In this document: positions 35,308-46,500 of the stretch, in pieces
How the letters are laid out: each line of letters opens with the position of its first letter
How positions within the stretch are numbered: position 1 is the stretch's first letter
Assembly (NCBI GenBank): GCA_964457845.1
Contig: CAYWHP010000003.1
Span: 19,943 to 82,770 of the forward strand
Length of the DNA stretch: 62,828 nucleotides
Reading direction: 5' to 3'
Origin: an uncultured Porphyromonadaceae bacterium
GTDB taxonomy: Bacteria > Bacteroidota > Bacteroidia > Bacteroidales > UBA12481
Program-made: the position numbers and the translations under genes
The notes under the pieces: generated by a model
Database searches by the model: none
Seen by the model: only the letters and a program-made list of their open reading frames with translations
Told to the model about the DNA's origin: nothing

Positions 35308-37082
35308 TTTTTAAGCACCTGCCTGTACGAGGAGAAAAGTCTTGCCCGGGATATGAACCCCACATAATGCCCCCCGTCGATGACAGGAATATTGAAATCG
35401 CTCGACTGGTGAAACTTATGGGCAACCTCCTCCATACTTTCGCCCGGAGATATGGTAACCGGCGATTTAGCCATGATATTCCGGATAAATACGCTGTCAT
35501 ACAGTTCCGACCTGAACATGATCTCCCTGACATTATCCATATTCAGTACGCCGTAATAGTTGTTCTCGTCATCCAGCACCGGATAAAGGTTTCTCTTCGA
35601 AGTGGCGATCACCTTAACCAGATCACCAAGTGAAGCATCGAGCCGGATCGGGGAAAAATTGGTTTCAATAAGTTTATCGACCTTCATCAGCGACAGAACA
35701 ATTTTGTCCTTATCCTGAGTGAAAAGCTGCTTTCTGCGCGCCAGCTGAATGTGATAAAACGAAACCGGTTGAAAAAAACGGATGGTGATGTAGGAAACAC
35801 CGGCGGTTATCATCAGCGGAACAATCAGGTTGTATGCCAGTGTAATCTCTGCAATCAGAAATATTCCGGTCAGCGGCGCATGCAGCACACCGGCAAAAAC
35901 TGCGGCCATACCCATCAGGGCAAACAGTACCAGTGATACGTCGAGATCGAAAAAATAGTTAAAAACCGATCCGAAAAGGAGTCCGGCCGCCATTCCGGTA
36001 AACAGCGCCGGCGCTATGATTCCGCCAACGCCTCCGGCACCGACAGTCAGGGCAGCTGCCAGAACCTTCAGCAGCACCAGCAGTGCCAGCAAAAGGATGG
36101 TGGTACCGGCTTCACCTGAAAAGGTATAGTAGCCCGAATTGTCGAAAAGAAAGCCCATATCACCATGGAGTGCCCGGTTGATGGAATCGTACCCCTCGCC
36201 GTACAGGCTTGGGAAAAGGAAGATCAACCCACCCAGCAAACTGCCGGCAATCAGCCAGCGAAGCCATTTCGCCCGTATTCTTTTGAATAAATCATCAACC
36301 CCGGTGAAGAGGACCGTAAAGTAATACGACACGAGCCCTGCAAAAGCACCGAGCAGGATGAATAACGGAACATCCTTGAGATGAAATACTTCTGTAATCT
36401 TCAGTGAGATAAGCACATCCTGACTGTGGAAGAGGTACGCAGTGAGCGTTGCCGTTACCGAAGCAAACAGCAACGGCAGAAGCGACGAAAGCGTCAGATC
36501 GAGCATCAGCACCTCGATGGTGAAAATAATAGCAGCTATCGGGGATTTGAAGAGGGCAGCAAGAGCCCCGGTAACAGCGCAACCGATCAACAGGATAATC
36601 TGCCTGTAGTTGAGGTGCAGCATCTGTCCGAGATTTGAACCGATGGCACCGCCAGTCAGAACCGCCGGGCCCTCAAGGCCGATCGACCCGCCAAAACCGG
36701 CGGTCAGCGTACTGGTGAAGGCGGAGGAGAACATGTGGTGCGGCTTGATGGCTCCCTTGGTACCGGAAATGGCATGCAGGATCACCGGTATGCCGAGGCC
36801 GATCCGCACCCTGAGCACGTAATGCACCAATAGGACAACAATGGCAATACCTACGGCCGGATAAACAAAAAACCAGAAATTGTGCATCTCCATGCTAAAA
36901 CCCCTTGTCAGAAGGGTTCGGATCAGGTGGACGCCGTTCTTCATCAGCACCACCGCAAGACCCGAAAGAAGACCAATGATGATGGCCGTTACCAGGAAGA
37001 AATTCCTGTTTGACACCCGCCGGATCCTCCACCGGAGGAACCTGACTAAAAGGTTGTAACGCTTTCTTTTAAGTGCACTCAT
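35292..37082 (-). CDS. CLC-family chloride channel/transporter with CBS domains (paralogue)
   Basis: GLGIP, GGSIGLEGP, FKSPIAA, GGIIAPALF, HAPLTGIFLIAEIT; CBS pair. Confidence 0.93.
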   Translation of the reverse strand: MSALKRKRYNLLVRFLRWRIRRVSNRNFFLVTAIIIGLLSGLAVVLMKNGVHLIRTLLTRGFSMEMHNFWFFVYPAVGIAIVVLLVHYVLRVRIGLGIPVILHAISGTKGAIKPHHMFSSAFTSTLTAGFGGSIGLEGPAVLTGGAIGSNLGQMLHLNYRQIILLIGCAVTGALAALFKSPIAAIIFTIEVLMLDLTLSSLLPLLFASVTATLTAYLFHSQDVLISLKITEVFHLKDVPLFILLGAFAGLVSYYFTVLFTGVDDLFKRIRAKWLRWLIAGSLLGGLIFLFPSLYGEGYDSINRALHGDMGFLFDNSGYYTFSGEAGTTILLLALLVLLKVLAAALTVGAGGVGGIIAPALFTGMAAGLLFGSVFNYFFDLDVSLVLFALMGMAAVFAGVLHAPLTGIFLIAEITLAYNLIVPLMITAGVSYITIRFFQPVSFYHIQLARRKQLFTQDKDKIVLSLMKVDKLIETNFSPIRLDASLGDLVKVIATSKRNLYPVLDDENNYYGVLNMDNVREIMFRSELYDSVFIRNIMAKSPVTISPGESMEEVAHKFHQSSDFNIPVIDGGHYVGFISRARLFSSYRQVLKKWSED

Positions 37083-37224
37083 CGCTGATTTGCCGTCGGA
37101 AACCGATTTGGCGGGGTGAAGATAGGCAATTTCCCCGAACTGCTTATTTTACCCGGCTCCGGCAAGTCGATTCGGGTGGAATGCCTATATTTAACGGCCG
37201 AAAAATCAGTAAAAAAAACGAGTA

Positions 37225-38505
37225 ATGAAAAGAGATACAGCCATATTCAACCTGATTCGTGAAGAGCAGGAGAGGCAGCAGAACGGGATCGAGCTGATTG
37301 CCTCTGAAAACTTTGTCAGCAGCCAGGTTCTCGAAGCCATGGGCTCCGTAATGACTAATAAATATGCCGAAGGATATCCGGGTCACCGTTACTATGGCGG
37401 CTGTGAAGTGGTCGACCAGTCGGAACAGCTGGCCATCGACCGGTTGAAGGAGCTTTACGATGCCGAATATGTAAACGTGCAGCCCCATTCCGGTGCGCAG
37501 GCCAACATGGCGGTTTTCCTTACCGTCCTCAAACCGGGCGACACCTTCATGGGGCTCGATCTGTCGCATGGCGGCCACCTTTCGCATGGCTCACCGGTAA
37601 ACAGTTCGGGCATCCTCTATCGTCAGGTCGCCTATGGTGTTAAGGAGGAGACCGGCAGAGTGGATTATGACATGATGGAAGAGGTTGCGCTGCGCGAAAG
37701 GCCAAAAATGATCATCGGAGGAGCTTCGGCCTACTCCAGGGAGTGGGATTATGCGCGGATGCGGTCGATCGCTGACCGTATAGGCGCTGTTCTCATGATC
37801 GACATGGCACATCCCGCAGGCCTGATCGCAGCCGGCTTGCTCAGCAATCCGGTTAAATACGCACATATCGTTACCTCAACCACCCACAAAACCCTCCGTG
37901 GTCCCCGCGGCGGTATCATCCTGGTTGGCAAAGATTTCGAAAACCCCTGGGGTATAACTACAAAAAAAGGCGAGGTGCGGCCGATCTCTTCGCTCATCGA
38001 CTCGGCTGTTTTCCCGGGTGTGCAGGGTGGCCCCCTCGAACACATCATCGCAGCCAAAGCAGTAGCTTTCGGAGAGGCGCTTAGCCCCGAATTCAAGGTT
38101 TACCAGAAGCAGGTTCAGAAAAATGCCGCGGTTATGGCTGAAGAATTCATGAATAAGGGGTATAAGGTAATTTCAGGTGGTACCGACAACCACAGCATGC
38201 TGATCGACCTGCGAACCAAAGTACCGGCCATTACCGGAAAGATCGTTGAAAACACGTTGGTCAGGGCTGACATAACGGTTAATAAGAACATGGTGCCGTT
38301 CGACTCACGCTCCCCCTTCCAGACATCCGGACTCAGGGTGGGCACCCCGGCCATTACCACCCGCGGCCTTAAAGAGCAGGATATGCTAAAGATTGTGAGT
38401 CTCATCGACCGGGTCATCATGGCCATCGAGGATGAGTCTGTTATTGTCCGTACAAAGAATGAAGTCAACGAAATGATGAGCAGCTTGCCCATGTTTGCCG
38501 ACTGA
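37225..38505 (+). CDS. glyA: Serine hydroxymethyltransferase
   Basis: [39 protein letters not shown] (PLP Lys), SGLRVGTPA. Confidence 0.99.
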   Translation: MKRDTAIFNLIREEQERQQNGIELIASENFVSSQVLEAMGSVMTNKYAEGYPGHRYYGGCEVVDQSEQLAIDRLKELYDAEYVNVQPHSGAQANMAVFLTVLKPGDTFMGLDLSHGGHLSHGSPVNSSGILYRQVAYGVKEETGRVDYDMMEEVALRERPKMIIGGASAYSREWDYARMRSIADRIGAVLMIDMAHPAGLIAAGLLSNPVKYAHIVTSTTHKTLRGPRGGIILVGKDFENPWGITTKKGEVRPISSLIDSAVFPGVQGGPLEHIIAAKAVAFGEALSPEFKVYQKQVQKNAAVMAEEFMNKGYKVISGGTDNHSMLIDLRTKVPAITGKIVENTLVRADITVNKNMVPFDSRSPFQTSGLRVGTPAITTRGLKEQDMLKIVSLIDRVIMAIEDESVIVRTKNEVNEMMSSLPMFAD

Positions 38506-38521
38506 TCAAACACCTACATCC

Positions 38522-41293
38522 ATGAAAACCAAGAATATTCTGATAGCTTCCGGGATCGTTACTCTCGCGGTTGCTGCGGGCATCTCCGTCGTGCAGCTGA
38601 TCAAGCCCGATACCAGACGCCTGTACGAAAACTTCCTCGTTTCGGAATACCAGGGTCTTCCGACACCGGATTCCCAAAAAGGAGACAGCGGAAAGGAGAA
38701 GGCTGACCGGCCGGATGAGGCCGCTTTTGCAGAATACATCAAGACACTCGACCCCGCAATCCGGGCAGTGCCCTCCGAGCGCATCATAGCTGCCAATAAG
38801 GCTACCGACGCCCTCGCCAGCCTCAAGTCGGCCAACGAACAGCTGGTCTGGTCACAGCGGCCAACCAATATGGGCGGCCGGACACGGACGCTCATGTTCG
38901 ACCCCAACGACGCTTCCGCCCGAAAAATATGGGTTGGTGCGGTAACCGGGGGGTTGTGGTATAATGATGATCCTGCCGGCACTGGCGAATGGAAGCAGGT
39001 TAACGATTTCTGGCCCAATCTGGCGATCAGCTGCATGGCCTCCGACCCGAACAATCCGCAAACCTTTTATGTGGGTACCGGAGAAAGCCAGACAGCCCTG
39101 GTCATCTATCGGGAATCTTCGGGCCGCGGAACCGGCCTTCTGAGATCCACCGATGCCGGCCAAACCTGGGAACAGATGCCCTCAACCCTTAACTGGCCTT
39201 ATGTCACCGACATACTGGTGAGGAATGAAGGCGGCACAAGCATTATTTATGCAGGGGTTGTTTCCGGTGTTTATAAAGGAGCCGCACACAGGGCCACCCC
39301 CACCAACGGCCTTTACCGGTCGGCCGACGGAGGTAATACCTGGACACAGGTGCTCCCCAATATACCGGGCAAAGACTATTCATATCCCCCTTCGGATATA
39401 GAAACCAGTGCCGATGGTTCCATGATCTACATCGGCACAACCTATGGGGTTAATGAAGACGGAACCGACAGCGACCGTTCGGGTGCGGCCTGCATTCTGA
39501 ATTCAGCCGACGGCACCTCATGGACGGTAAATGACATCTACCAGCAGCGCATTCTGGCCGAAACCACCAATAAATATCCGGGAAGGGTCATGCTTGGCAA
39601 GGTCCCGTCCGACCCTAACCAGGTGGTTGCCATCATCGCTTCGGGTTATGTCAGATCAGACAAGTTTATCGGTTATGGCTGCCAGTTCCTTGTTAAGAGC
39701 ACCGATAAAGGAGCAACCTGGAGCGAACTGAACTTCCCCGCCACTTTCGCATCCCTGGCCTGGCACGCCTTCGTAATCACCGTGAGCCCGCTCAACCCCA
39801 ATATGATTTGGATCGGAGGCCTCGATACCTGGCGTACGGTAAACGGCGGAACCTCCTGGACCAAGCTGTCCGACTGGTCGGAAATGTACGGCAACGGTGC
39901 CGATGACTATGTGCATGCCGACATCCATGTCATCAAATTCCGACCGGGCTACGACACCGACCTGTTCATTGCTACCGACGGTGGCATTTTCGCAACCCGC
40001 ACAGCCAGCGCTCCCGATGCAGGCATGCGGTTTTTCGAGGTGGCAAAAAACTACAACACGCTCCAGTATTATTCCTGTGCCATGCACCCGGATGCCGGAG
40101 CCGTGCACTTCATGGGAGGCCTGCAGGACAACGGAACAATGTTCTACCGAAAAGGGGTGACACCCACCTTTCGCGATATGCTTTCCGGTGGCGACGGTGC
40201 GCTCTGTTTTATCGATCAGGACCAGCCTTCCATCCAGATCACAACAGTATATCACAATTCCATCTATCTGTACTCCGGTGACAAAGAAGCCAATCCTGTC
40301 AGCGCCGGTTACAAAGGCCTCGGAACAGGAACCTTTGTCAGCCCGATGGATTACGACTGGAAGGATAACATCCTGTTCGCCAACGGTGCCAATGAACAAC
40401 TGGATTACCTGAACACCTTTCATGTGCTCAATGTTACGGCCACCGGCATCACCGGAAGCAACACCGGCAAATTTCTGATGACCCGCTCTCTGGTACCCTA
40501 CTCCAATCTGAAATGGTCAGAGCACTCCCCCGCCGGCAAACCGAACGTCTTTATCGGCACCGCAGCCGGAAAGCTTTTCAAATTTACCGATGCATCACAC
40601 ACCGGTTCACTGGCCGAAAAAACGGGAGCCGACTTTCCGGCCGCCAACATCTCTTCCATCGACATTGCCGGTTCGGAAGACACACTCCTGGTTACCTTTT
40701 CAAACTATGGCGTTCCTTCTGTCTGGCTCAGTGTCGATGGCGGTGCCGCCTGGAAAAACGTTGAAGCCAACCTTCCGGATATGCCGGTGCGATGGGGTAT
40801 TTTCCACCCGAAATCAGGCAAGCAGGTGATGCTGGCTACTGAAACAGGCATCTGGACAACCGACAATATCCTGGCACAATACGTGACCTGGGCGCCCGAT
40901 AACGGGGGCATGGCCAATGTACGAACCGACATGCTCAACTTCAGGAAATCCGACAATACGGTGCTCGCCGCCACACACGGCCGCGGGCTCTTCACAACAA
41001 CCTGGCTTCCAAGCTACACCAATAGCATTGCGGATATCGCCAATACTTCCGGAGGAATATCCGTTTTCCCGAATCCCACCGATGGAAGGTTCGATGTACG
41101 TCTGACAGATCCCGCAAACTCATCCCTGGTCATCATGGATGCTACCGGGCGGATAGTTTTCCGTAAGGAAATCAACGCACGGAGCGGTAACCTGGTCCAG
41201 TCAATCGACTTGTCCGCCGAGGCGCGGGGCACATACCTTCTGCGGATTGAAGGCAAAGGGAAAACGCTGGTTTCCAGAATTGTTTTGCAATAA
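38522..41293 (+). CDS. T9SS-sorted BNR/Asp-box beta-propeller protein (sialidase/VPS10-like fold)
   Basis: Repeated SxDxGxTW boxes (STDAGQTW, SADGGNTW, STDKGATW, TVNGGTSW, SVDGGAAW); AATHGRGLF; CTD VFPNPTDG...GTYLLRI. Start taken at MKTKNIL. Confidence 0.8.
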   Translation: MKTKNILIASGIVTLAVAAGISVVQLIKPDTRRLYENFLVSEYQGLPTPDSQKGDSGKEKADRPDEAAFAEYIKTLDPAIRAVPSERIIAANKATDALASLKSANEQLVWSQRPTNMGGRTRTLMFDPNDASARKIWVGAVTGGLWYNDDPAGTGEWKQVNDFWPNLAISCMASDPNNPQTFYVGTGESQTALVIYRESSGRGTGLLRSTDAGQTWEQMPSTLNWPYVTDILVRNEGGTSIIYAGVVSGVYKGAAHRATPTNGLYRSADGGNTWTQVLPNIPGKDYSYPPSDIETSADGSMIYIGTTYGVNEDGTDSDRSGAACILNSADGTSWTVNDIYQQRILAETTNKYPGRVMLGKVPSDPNQVVAIIASGYVRSDKFIGYGCQFLVKSTDKGATWSELNFPATFASLAWHAFVITVSPLNPNMIWIGGLDTWRTVNGGTSWTKLSDWSEMYGNGADDYVHADIHVIKFRPGYDTDLFIATDGGIFATRTASAPDAGMRFFEVAKNYNTLQYYSCAMHPDAGAVHFMGGLQDNGTMFYRKGVTPTFRDMLSGGDGALCFIDQDQPSIQITTVYHNSIYLYSGDKEANPVSAGYKGLGTGTFVSPMDYDWKDNILFANGANEQLDYLNTFHVLNVTATGITGSNTGKFLMTRSLVPYSNLKWSEHSPAGKPNVFIGTAAGKLFKFTDASHTGSLAEKTGADFPAANISSIDIAGSEDTLLVTFSNYGVPSVWLSVDGGAAWKNVEANLPDMPVRWGIFHPKSGKQVMLATETGIWTTDNILAQYVTWAPDNGGMANVRTDMLNFRKSDNTVLAATHGRGLFTTTWLPSYTNSIADIANTSGGISVFPNPTDGRFDVRLTDPANSSLVIMDATGRIVFRKEINARSGNLVQSIDLSAEARGTYLLRIEGKGKTLVSRIVLQ

Positions 41294-41298
41294 GAAAA

Positions 41299-41340
41299 CG
41301 GGCAGGAAGGTTGAGATACGACTCACAACCTTTCTGCCCG
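41299..41340. terminator. Probable bidirectional hairpin terminator
   Basis: CGGGCAGGAAGGTTG ... CAACCTTTCTGCCCG (14 of 15 bp, one G-U-compatible pair) between convergent stops at 41293 and 41378. Confidence 0.7.
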
Positions 41341-41377
41341 CCATCTTCTTTCAATGAAATTCCTGTGACGACGCTGA

Positions 41378-42331
41378 TCAGAGAAGCTTAAACTTATACG
41401 TGATGGTGCCCTTTTGGGTAATGGGCGCATCCTGGCCGGTGACCTTGTTGAATTTTGCCGAGACGGCAGCTTTGCGGGCGGCCTCCCAAAGCCGTGAATC
41501 GGTGGTGGTTGTTCCTTTGGCTCCCGGCTTGGCATCGATCACATCGCCGTCCTTGTTCACCGTTATGGTAACAACCACATCGCCGTATTCATTTACGGCA
41601 TATTCCGGCTTTGCCAGCGACCCGATCACATTGCGGCCATTCAGGCTGAACGATACGCCTGCCCCGGTGCCGCCTCCCGGTCCGCGGTTTTTCGAATCCA
41701 CGGAACCTGTAGGATCCCCCTGGTTACCGGTTTTCTGGGTATTGCCCTCGCCCTGGGTGCCGCCGGTGGTTGAATTGCCGCCGAAAGATTTTCCGATCCT
41801 GCCCTTTATGGCATTCACCTGGGACTGCTGCTGTTCCTGCTTCTTGCGCTCGGCTTCAACTCGCTGCGCCTCGATCACAGCCTGACGCTTCTCTTCTGCT
41901 TCAATGCGCTGGCGCTCCAGATCAGCTTGCCGCTGCAGTTCACGTTCCTCGCGCTCCAGCCTTTTCTTTTCCTCCAGCTTCTTCTTCTCCTCCAGATCCT
42001 TCTCGTTATCCTGCTTTTTCAATGTCGGTGCCGCCTCATTCTCCTGCGTGAGGAGCTTCGGCGCCGTTTCACGGGCCTTCTCCTTAACCGGCTTAGCTTT
42101 TACCGGGGGCGCAACTACTGCCTTCACCGGCGGCTCCGGCTGGGCCGACTCCTGCATGGCAGGCTCCTCATCGCCCATCCCGGCTTCATCTGTGCCAAAA
42201 TTAATGGTGATACCCTCCGCATCCGGTAATTTCGCAGTGCCGTAAAGCTGCAGAATCAATAGCAAAGCAATGACGACACCGTGAAAAATCACGGTTGCAA
42301 CCATACCCCTAAATCGTGCGGCTTCTTCCAT
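41378..42331 (-). CDS. tonB: TonB/TolA family energy transducer
   Basis: N-terminal TM helix with FHG (conserved His), Pro/Lys-rich and coiled-coil linker, C-terminal GDVVVTITVNKDGDV...QKGTITYKF. Confidence 0.8.
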   Translation of the reverse strand: MEEAARFRGMVATVIFHGVVIALLLILQLYGTAKLPDAEGITINFGTDEAGMGDEEPAMQESAQPEPPVKAVVAPPVKAKPVKEKARETAPKLLTQENEAAPTLKKQDNEKDLEEKKKLEEKKRLEREERELQRQADLERQRIEAEEKRQAVIEAQRVEAERKKQEQQQSQVNAIKGRIGKSFGGNSTTGGTQGEGNTQKTGNQGDPTGSVDSKNRGPGGGTGAGVSFSLNGRNVIGSLAKPEYAVNEYGDVVVTITVNKDGDVIDAKPGAKGTTTTDSRLWEAARKAAVSAKFNKVTGQDAPITQKGTITYKFKLL

Positions 42332-42333
42332 CC

Positions 42334-42732
42334 CTATTTGGCCACGGTGGCCAATATCACTTTATACTTGTTGTTCTTGGCTATGTTCATTACCCGTACA
42401 GCCTCGCCAATCGGCACCGTCTCATCGGTATGCAGGCTGATAACCCGCTCCTCCTCCGGAACTCCGTCGAATTTCACCCGAAGCGCTCCTTCAAGGCGGT
42501 CAAACTCAATCGGCGACTTCTCTAAATAAAGCTGAAGATCCTTGGTGATCGAAACCGTCGTCAGCGGCTTGTCTGATACCTGCCCGTCACTGCGCGGGAG
42601 CAGGAGCTTGAGGGCATTCGGACTGATCATGGTGGTGCTGATCATAAAAAACAGCAGCAACAGGAATACGATGTCCGTCATGGATGCCATGCTGAACTCC
42701 GGCGTTATCTTATTTCGCGTTTTAATTGCCAT
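42334..42732 (-). CDS. exbD: ExbD/TolR
   Basis: FSMASMTDIVFLLLLFFMI and a periplasmic domain. Confidence 0.93.
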   Translation of the reverse strand: MAIKTRNKITPEFSMASMTDIVFLLLLFFMISTTMISPNALKLLLPRSDGQVSDKPLTTVSITKDLQLYLEKSPIEFDRLEGALRVKFDGVPEEERVISLHTDETVPIGEAVRVMNIAKNNKYKVILATVAK

Positions 42733-42752
42733 CTCTTGTATTTTTTCAGATG

Positions 42753-43448
42753 CTACTTGGCCGGTTCGTTGAGCAGGTCCATGAATTCCGAAGAACGGGT
42801 TTCGAGAACAAATACAACAGTTTCAATTTTCGAAACAAGGATGTTGTAGAAGAAGAATGCCGGAATACCTACCAGAAGGCCGGCCGCCGTGGTTACCATG
42901 GCCGTGTAAATACCGTTGGAAAGGATGCCGATGTCGATGGTGCTGCCGGCAAGCGACATGTCGAAGAACGCACGGATCATTCCGAGAACGGTTCCGAGGA
43001 ACCCAAGCATCGGGGCAGCACCTGCGGCAGCTCCCAGCGAGGCTAGCCCGCGCTCCAGCTTGTAAATCTCGAGCCTGCCAACATTCTCAATGGCGGAATT
43101 CACATCGGTCATCGGACGGCCAATCCGGGATATGCCCACTTCAATCATACGGGAAACAGGGGTGTTCGTCGACTGGGCCAACCGGATGGCGGCTTCGATC
43201 TTGCCGTCATGTATGAACTCCCTTACCCGGTTCATGAAACCCTGATCCTCCACACTCGCCTTGCGGATGGCAAAGTATCGCTCAACGAAAACATAAACAG
43301 CCAATATCGACAACAGGAAAATAGGAATCATTACCCACCCGCCCTTCAGGGTCAGTTCCCATACAGACAAACTCTGGTTGACGGTTTTAACCGCTGCATT
43401 TGCGGCAGGCGACTGAAATGCTGGACTTAACAAAAACATCAGACTCAT
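42753..43448 (-). CDS. exbB: ExbB/TolQ/MotA proton channel
   Basis: GGWVMIPI, APMLGFLGTVLGMI, AMVTTAAGL. Confidence 0.93.
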   Translation of the reverse strand: MSLMFLLSPAFQSPAANAAVKTVNQSLSVWELTLKGGWVMIPIFLLSILAVYVFVERYFAIRKASVEDQGFMNRVREFIHDGKIEAAIRLAQSTNTPVSRMIEVGISRIGRPMTDVNSAIENVGRLEIYKLERGLASLGAAAGAAPMLGFLGTVLGMIRAFFDMSLAGSTIDIGILSNGIYTAMVTTAAGLLVGIPAFFFYNILVSKIETVVFVLETRSSEFMDLLNEPAK

Positions 43449-43541
43449 GGTAATACGATTTAGTGATCCCGGTAAATTTATGGAAAAAACGTACCGACTG
43501 ACCTGTTTAGTATAAACGGTTATCAGACGAGTTGTTAACGC

Positions 43542-46500
43542 CTAATTCCGCTTCCGCTTATTACGGTACTTCTGAACAAGGTCGCCAAACGTGTCGAACT
43601 CTTCACGATAGAACAATCCAACACCTTGAGTATAAGGTGCATACTCATATAAAAGATGATCATTGGCTCGGGTAAAAGCCTTAACCCGAACTTTCCCCGA
43701 CTGCTTGATTTTATACTCGATTTCCACATCCCCGACAAGCTGGTTGGCATTGGTGGCAGACGGTCTTACATCGACATTACCGTTTACATTGATTGTCATT
43801 CGGTTATCGAGAAACTGCTTCGACAGGGCAACCTCCACCTCATCGCTGGTAAGCTGGTCGCCGGGCCTGTAGTTGAACCCCACGTCGAAATCCTTGCTTA
43901 TCTGCGAGAGCCAGTAATTCAACTGATTGGAGAGCAATTCCGTAGTAGTGGCCAAACCGGCACTCTCGTAGCGGCTCGCAGTGCCGCTGCCTGTTCCGGC
44001 CAGCGGGGTAAAACGGTTCAGGATAAGCAGGGAGATCACCTGCTTGTTCATATCCTCTTTCGTAAGGTTCTGTAACTGAGTCCGCGCCAGGTCATTGCTG
44101 GTGGGGGGGAGAATAATGTTGAAATCGATAGCAGGGGCCTCAAGCTGGCCGCTCATCATCAAATGGCACTCCACCGGAAGCCGCTGGGTAAGATCAGGAT
44201 TCGACTCATCCTGAAGCAGATCATACAGTGCTGCTTTGGTGCGGTACACGGCATCAATATTCAGTTGCGCCCCCGAAACATCTCCGGTCCATTTCAGTGT
44301 GGCACCCGGCTCGATCTCGAGCTTCTTAACCGGCATGTTCTGAAGTGTAAACTGATAATCCCCCTTCTCGATGGTGAAATCCCCGTTCAACGTCCATCGC
44401 GAGGTTGGCGGAATCTCCACACGGAGGTTGCCGCTGCCGCGTGCATGAATCACGTTGCCCACCTTGGAGTCGAAAATGAGCTGCACCTCGGCATCGGGAG
44501 TCGCTTCGAGATCAATGGTAACCATGGCGCCATACAGGTTTACGGCATAATCCGGCTCCACCTCTGCCGAGAAATCAAGCAGGTCGGCCTCCGTCTCCTC
44601 TTTCGGCTTTCCGATATAGGTAACGAAATCCATAAAACGAGCCTCATCCGTGGTGGTCACCGGGATGTAGAATTTCGTTTTGGGACTCGTCCGCGCAGAA
44701 ACATCAATTTTCAAACTCCGCAGGGGTCCGGTGAGTGTCCCGACACCGGAAGCGTATCCCCTGCCCCAGTAGCCCTCATTGCGGGATTCAACTTCGTTCA
44801 GCAGCACAAAATCCTTGAAATCCACCTTCAGATCGAGCCGTATTTTATTAAAATCAGTGTGCCGCACCGCCCCGTTTACAGAAGCATGATTCCCTTCGTC
44901 ATCCTGCAGGTCGAGGTTGGTCACGCTAAATGCATCCGGCGTGATCACGACATTGTGCGTGAAATAAAATCGCGTATTCAGGTAATTAACTATAAATGAG
45001 GCCTTCTGAGCCATAATATGTCCATAGATCAGCGGCTTTTTACTGCTTCCCCGGATCATCACCTTGCCGGTTGCCAGCCCCTTCACATCCAGGAGCTCAT
45101 CGTACACAAACGGGTTGGCTATGTCGAGCCGAAGCTTTTCAACACTCAGATCAAGGTTAAGACTGTCGGTTACGGGATTGTACTGCCCCTGCAGCTGGAG
45201 CGTCTTGATGGCGCCCCTTTTGACAAGGACGTCCATAAGCAGGGCATCCCCGTTCTCGGAGCTCCGGCTCGACAGCGTAGTCTGCCCCATCGGCTGGCCG
45301 TTGATCGCCAGGCTGTCTATCCGCATCTCCGTCAGGAAACGCAGGCGGTTGCGTATATCAAAAATCCGGGCCGATCCGGTGATACGGCCGTCAAGCACAA
45401 AATCCTTTCCGGTTATTCGTTTGAAATTTAGCAAATTAACCCTTTGCAGATCAATATATAACGTATCCGAAGGATTGCGCGAAACCGACCCGTTCACCTC
45501 CATCTTTTCCTCATTGTGAGCCAGGGCAAAATTCTCAATACTGATTTTATCCTTGTCGGCCGATACCGCAAACCGATTGATGGTCCAAAGGCTGTCGTTG
45601 AGCACGATTCTCGATTCGGGGAACAGAAAGCTTCCGGTGAGACTGCCATCCTCGCGCTGCGCCATACCGCCCACACAGGCTATTGAGCCCCTCGATCCCG
45701 ACTGGCCGTTTTCATTCCATCTGAGCTTCATGTCGGCCAGATTACCAGATAGATAACCTCCCAGATTAATTTTTTCAAAAAGAGTACTCCGGTCAATCTG
45801 GAGCTTTCCCAGATCACCGGAAAGCAACACAGAATCACCTCTCGACATGATTCTGAAATCCAGCCCGGTAAACTGCCGCCCCATGACAACGAACTGGGGT
45901 GAGGTTCCCTCCAGCGAAAATGCCTGCTCTGCCGCATCGTAAAAGCCACCGACACGGGTGTTGTCCTTGCACTGGAAGCCGGGTATCAGGACCGTGGTTA
46001 CCGGGCCTGAATTCTTGATCTGGACATTAAAGGCAAAGCTGTTCAGGTGATCCTGTCGCACCGGCAGATTGCCGGTGACAGCCGGAACGAATTTCGCGAT
46101 CAGCGAACGGGCCTGAGGAGCCAGGTCATCAATATGAACATTTCCCACGATCCGGGCGTCGACATATTCCGATGAGAAGATTATTTTCCGCTTACCCAGT
46201 TCGGGAACCGAGGTAAGCGACATATCAGTCACCGGCAGTGTTCCCCGGCTGTTGGTGTAGCTCGAATTCCTGATCCGTATTTCGCCGTCCATTTCATCAA
46301 TGGCACTGCCGGTAAAACTGCCATGGAGATCAAGCTGCAGGCGGGCCAGCGTATCGCTTTTTATCAGGTTGAGTGCATAGAGGTCAGCTTTTTTAACCAG
46401 CAGGTCGAAATCAACAGCCGGTGTATCCTTGCTGAAATCGAAATTACCGTCAAGGTCGAGGTTTGCATTCGGGTCACGCAGGTTGATTTTTCCGTTGAAC

